A stretch of DNA of 64,000 nucleotides, taken from Candidatus Xenobia bacterium (GTDB lineage: Bacteria; Vulcanimicrobiota; Xenobia; Xenobiales; QWHO01). Shown piece by piece: positions 60,120-64,000 of this stretch (its first letter is position 1; every line of letters begins with the position of its first letter). The position numbers and the translations under genes were made by a program. A model generated the notes under the pieces. It made no database searches. It was not told the origin of the DNA and saw only the letters and a list, made by a program, of their open reading frames with translations. The DNA is taken from NCBI GenBank assembly GCA_045863235.1, contig BTUM01000008.1, forward strand, positions 32,001-96,000, in the 5' to 3' direction.

Positions 60120-62399
60120 TTGAAAAGCGAGTTCTTCATAGCCCGTCTCGAGCGGGCCCTGGTGGAGCGCCCCAACGACCCCTCGCTTCACTACGAATTC
60201 GGGCATTACTTTTTCAAGCAGGGCGAGTGGGTCCGCGCCCAACGATCGCTGGAGAAGGCGGCCACGCTCGATCCGCGCATGACCCGGGCCAGCTTCGAGC
60301 TGGGCATCTGTTACACGCGCCTGCGCAATTACGAATCGGCCATCCGCGAGTGGGAGAAGATGACCGACCACGACCAGGACTTGAACCTGGACGACATCGA
60401 CTACTCGCGCGGTCAAGACATCGCCGGGGCCCTGCAAGAGTGGGATCGCTATCGGGCGTCGGCACCCGACGACATCTTCAAGTTTTACTATCTGGGAATC
60501 GCGGCCCTGGTGCTTGGCCGGCCCCAGCAGGCTATGAGCGACTTCGACAAGGTGGTGGCCTTCAACCAGAATTTCAATCGGGTCCGCTACTATCGCGGCC
60601 GGGCGCAGCACCGGTTGGGCAAGTTCATGGAGGCGGGCCAGGAGTTCATGGCCCAACTCGAGTCGCGCCCTCGAGACTTCAACTCGCTCTACTTCGCCGG
60701 GGCCTGTCTGGTGGAGCTCGGGCGCACCCCCCAGGCCCTGCAGGCCTTCAACCGGGCCCTGCAAGAGCGACCGGTCTACGTCAAGCTGCATGTCAAAATG
60801 GGCACCGCCTACGCCAACATGATGCAATTCGACCAGGCCACCGAGTGCTTTCGCAAGGCCCTGAACGTACAGCCCAACCTGTTCCAGGCCCACTTCGAGC
60901 TGGCCCGTTGCCTGGAGAAGCAGTATCTCATGGACGAGGCGGTGGAGGCCTACGAGAAAGCCCTCGAGATCCGCCCCACTTACAAGGAAGCCGCTCTGAG
61001 CCTGGGCTTCTTGCTCAAGAACCTGGGCAAGCACGTGCAGGCTCTGCAGTATCTCAAGCGGGTCATCGAGCTCGACCCGAATGAAGCCGAGGCCTACTAC
61101 CTGGCCGGGGTGATCTTGAGCGCCCTGAACCGCTATGCCGAAGCCGTGCCCCAGTATCAGAAGGCGCTCCGCATCCAGCCTCGCCACTCCTACGCCCACT
61201 ATGCGCTGGGCAAGGCACTTCTCAAGTGCGATCAGGTGGACGAAGCCATCGAGGCCTTCCGCCAGGCGCTCGAGCAGAACGAACGCGACAGCCAGTCGCG
61301 CACTGCTCTCGGCATGGCCTACTTCCAGAAAGGGCAACATGCCCTGGCCCGGCGTCAGTTCGAGAAGGTGGTCGAGGCCAATCCGCGCGACGCCGAGGCC
61401 CAGTACTTCCTCGGGGTGGTGCACTTCAAGCAGCACGCTTACGACCTGGCCATCGAGGCCTACCAGAACGCGGCCAACCTGCATCCCAACAGCGCGCTGC
61501 GCTACTTTACCCAGGGCGCCTTCCACTCTTACAACCGGCAATACGATCACGCCATCGAGGAATACAAGAAGGCGACCGAGCTCCGGCCCGACACCGAGGC
61601 CGACCTGCAGCTCTTCGCCGTGCTCCAGCTGCAGGCCACCGTGGGCTTGAACCTGGCCCAGCAGGGCCGCGAGCTGCAGAAATTTGCCCTGGCTCAGGAA
61701 GAGGTGTTCATCCGCTTCGTGCAGGCCATCTCCTCCGCCCTGGACGCCAAAGACCCCTATACCCGCTTCCACTCCAAGCAGGTCGCCTACATTGGCACCC
61801 GCCTGGCACAGCAGCTCGGGCTCCCCGACGACAAGCTCAAGGAGATCATGATCGGGGGCTGGCTGCACGACATCGGCAAAATCGGCATTCGTGACGAGGT
61901 CTTGAATAAGGCCGGCAAGCTCACCGACGAGGAGCGCAAGCTGATCCAACGGCATCCCGAGATCGGGGCCGAGATCCTCCGCCAGGTGTTCCCGGAAGAG
62001 GTTGAGGGCAAGGAGGTCATCTACCGGATCCCCTGGGACGTCATCCCCATGGTGCTGCATCACCACGAAAAATGGGATGGCACAGGCTATCCGCATGGCC
62101 TGGCCGGGGAAGACATCCCATACACCGCTCAGATCATCGGGGTGGCCGACTTCTACGACGCACTCACCACGAACCGACCTTACCGCAAGGCGCTGGCTCC
62201 CGGCGTGGCCATGAACGAGATGCGCCAGCTGGTGGGGAAATTCTTCAGCCCCGTGCTCATCGACGCCTTCGAGACCATTCTCGACGAACTGGTGCTGGCC
62301 ATGCCCCCGCCCGTCGAGCTCGACGCCGCAGGTGTGCCCAAACTCGGCGACGATGCTTGGGATGGCCTCACCCAGTCGTGGAATTTCGTTCTTAAATAA
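60120..62399 (+). CDS. TPR array + HD-GYP cyclic-dinucleotide phosphodiesterase
   Basis: Many TPRs; DAKDPYT.FHS, LHDIGK, HPEIG, HHEKWDGTGYP.GL.GEDIP, RPYR. Confidence 0.93.
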   Translation: MKSEFFIARLERALVERPNDPSLHYEFGHYFFKQGEWVRAQRSLEKAATLDPRMTRASFELGICYTRLRNYESAIREWEKMTDHDQDLNLDDIDYSRGQDIAGALQEWDRYRASAPDDIFKFYYLGIAALVLGRPQQAMSDFDKVVAFNQNFNRVRYYRGRAQHRLGKFMEAGQEFMAQLESRPRDFNSLYFAGACLVELGRTPQALQAFNRALQERPVYVKLHVKMGTAYANMMQFDQATECFRKALNVQPNLFQAHFELARCLEKQYLMDEAVEAYEKALEIRPTYKEAALSLGFLLKNLGKHVQALQYLKRVIELDPNEAEAYYLAGVILSALNRYAEAVPQYQKALRIQPRHSYAHYALGKALLKCDQVDEAIEAFRQALEQNERDSQSRTALGMAYFQKGQHALARRQFEKVVEANPRDAEAQYFLGVVHFKQHAYDLAIEAYQNAANLHPNSALRYFTQGAFHSYNRQYDHAIEEYKKATELRPDTEADLQLFAVLQLQATVGLNLAQQGRELQKFALAQEEVFIRFVQAISSALDAKDPYTRFHSKQVAYIGTRLAQQLGLPDDKLKEIMIGGWLHDIGKIGIRDEVLNKAGKLTDEERKLIQRHPEIGAEILRQVFPEEVEGKEVIYRIPWDVIPMVLHHHEKWDGTGYPHGLAGEDIPYTAQIIGVADFYDALTTNRPYRKALAPGVAMNEMRQLVGKFFSPVLIDAFETILDELVLAMPPPVELDAAGVPKLGDDAWDGLTQSWNFVLK

Positions 62400-62417
62400 A
62401 AGTTTATCGCCCCTACG

Positions 62418-62486
62418 CGGTGAACAGGCCCGTCCCTGCGGGGCAGGAACCCGGAGTGTCTCCGGGGAACTTAGGATTTTCACCGC
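62418..62486. ncRNA. Candidate three-way-junction RNA upstream of the amidase
   Basis: GCGGTGAA/TTCACCGC closing stem enclosing a GCCCG..CGGGGC hairpin and a CCCGGAG-tgt-CTCCGGG hairpin. Confidence 0.35.
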
Positions 62487-62530
62487 TTTTGGAATAAATT
62501 TCAAGTCAGAACGCTTTGTTTGGGGTGATT

Positions 62531-64000
62531 GTGGTGTCCAATCGATCCGCTAAAATCCTGGCCCTTTTGTTGTGGTGCCTGACTTCACAGGCCTTTGGCC
62601 AGACTATCTACGACCGGATGATTTTTCAAAATCAGGAGCTGACCCCGGCCATATCCCAGCAAGGTCCTCGGGCCCTGGTCAACCTGCAAGACCCCATGGT
62701 GCGCCGCCTGGTCGACCTCTCCTCGGCCCGGCTGCACTGGTCCACCACCGGTCAGACGCTATTCGTCTATGCACCGGGGCGCGAGAGCTTCTGGACCTTT
62801 AACTCGCCCACTGTCACGGTCAACGGACAAGAGATCACGGCACCCGGGCGTATGTTCGGCGACCAGGTCACCACCATGATCGAGCCCGCCGCCCTGATCT
62901 ACGCGCTCTGCTTGCGCGCCGTGCCATCCACTGCGGGTGGCCCCACCCAGCTCCTGCCCATGCTGCAGTCAGTCTCGATCTCCAAGGAAGCCTACCCGAC
63001 CGTGACCATCCGGGCTTCGGCGCCACTCACTTACACCGTCGAGAAGCCGGAAGCCGGACTGGTGGTGCTCAAGTTCAGCGACCTGATCTGGGCCGGCGAG
63101 GGCCGCAACTTTTCCCAGGGAAGCCTGAAGGCCGAAGTGATCGGGGGCAGTCTCCCCGGAGAGCCGCTGGAAGTGCGCTTGCAGCTTCCCCCCGCGTGGG
63201 ACGGGCAACTCAAGCCGGGCACCTTCAAGAACGAGCTGGCCATCACCACGGTCCCCAGCTCCCAGTTGGTGGGAGCCGGTCCTCCGGTAGGCCTGCAGCG
63301 CATCGACTACCGACGGGTGGACGGGGACGATCTGGTCATTTTCTACGCTGAGGATCCGGTTCGCTTCAGCTGGGAGTTCGACCCCACCAGCCGCGTGCTG
63401 ATCATGGAGTTCCCCGGTGTCACGATGGACGCTCCCCCGAATCCCCTGGAGGCTCCCGGCGCACCCCTGTCGGCCGGACGCTTCGAGCAACTCGACGCGG
63501 ACGGCATCCCGGTGCTGCGCTTCACCGGCCAGGTAGCCCCCGGCTATGCCTATGAGTTCTTCGAGATCGAGAACGCGCGCGGGTCGCTGGTGCTGCGACT
63601 GGCACCCGAAACCAGCCTGACACGGCTGGAAAACAAAGGAACTGCCGCGACCCGGGGCTACGTGGCCGCGGGTGGCCGCGGGGTGGTGGTCATCGACGCC
63701 GGTCATGGCGGCGGCGACCCGGGCTGCTACAGCCGCCACCACGGGGTCTACGAGAAGGACATCACCCTGGACATCGCCCGCCGGCTCAAGACCGTGCTCG
63801 AGCGTCAGGGCTGGAAAGTGCTGATGACCCGCGAGACCGACCGAGACGTGACCTACGCCGGCTCGCCCGACAAGATGGAGCTGCAGGCTCGCTGCGATGT
63901 GGCCAACGACGTGGGTGCGGACCTCTTCATCAGCATCCACTGCAATGCCAGCGCCAGTGGCCAGGGGAACGGCACCTCCATCCACTGGTACAAAGAAGAA
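62531..64000 (+). CDS. N-acetylmuramoyl-L-alanine amidase (Amidase_3), truncated by the window edge
   Basis: Absent from the ORF track; manual translation gives signal SNRSAKILALLLWCLTSQAFG|Q and VVIDAGHGG.DPG, EKDITL, MTRETD, DLFISIHCNA. Confidence 0.92.
   Translation, partial: MVSNRSAKILALLLWCLTSQAFGQTIYDRMIFQNQELTPAISQQGPRALVNLQDPMVRRLVDLSSARLHWSTTGQTLFVYAPGRESFWTFNSPTVTVNGQEITAPGRMFGDQVTTMIEPAALIYALCLRAVPSTAGGPTQLLPMLQSVSISKEAYPTVTIRASAPLTYTVEKPEAGLVVLKFSDLIWAGEGRNFSQGSLKAEVIGGSLPGEPLEVRLQLPPAWDGQLKPGTFKNELAITTVPSSQLVGAGPPVGLQRIDYRRVDGDDLVIFYAEDPVRFSWEFDPTSRVLIMEFPGVTMDAPPNPLEAPGAPLSAGRFEQLDADGIPVLRFTGQVAPGYAYEFFEIENARGSLVLRLAPETSLTRLENKGTAATRGYVAAGGRGVVVIDAGHGGGDPGCYSRHHGVYEKDITLDIARRLKTVLERQGWKVLMTRETDRDVTYAGSPDKMELQARCDVANDVGADLFISIHCNASASGQGNGTSIHWYKEE

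Overview
GC-rich bacterial chromosomal window, densely coding, with no CRISPR array, rRNA, tRNA, integrase or transposase that I can support. Housekeeping genes: groES-groEL, ispF, tyrA (CM-PDH), folB/folK/pteridine-reductase SDR, a wecA-like/wecB/atp operon (b' and b subunits)/murA/mreB-like block, a TamB-like giant protein and a cell-wall amidase cut by the right edge. Signalling and surface genes: three Hanks-type Ser/Thr kinases plus a probable pseudokinase, a degenerate GGDEF protein, a tandem PilZ protein, a TPR-HD-GYP protein, an OmpR/histidine kinase pair, MoxR-DUF58-transglutaminase, and a minor-pilin/PilB cluster. Firmicutes-like synteny together with TamB and b/b' suggests a diderm Terrabacteria lineage, possibly Eremiobacterota/Vulcanimicrobiota (inference only). 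Best leads: (1) a 630-aa disordered protein built from three families of short repeated motifs plus a Met-rich tail; (2) an orphan FtsZ paralogue behind a LexA-like palindrome; (3) an MreB paralogue lacking the catalytic Glu; (4) an apparently dead RNase H fused to an intact Nudix domain; (5) a secreted ~15-aa [YHF]P helical-repeat protein inside a TCS-MoxR-transglutaminase operon; (6) several structured intergenic RNA candidates. All calls come from reading motifs by eye; no database searches were run.
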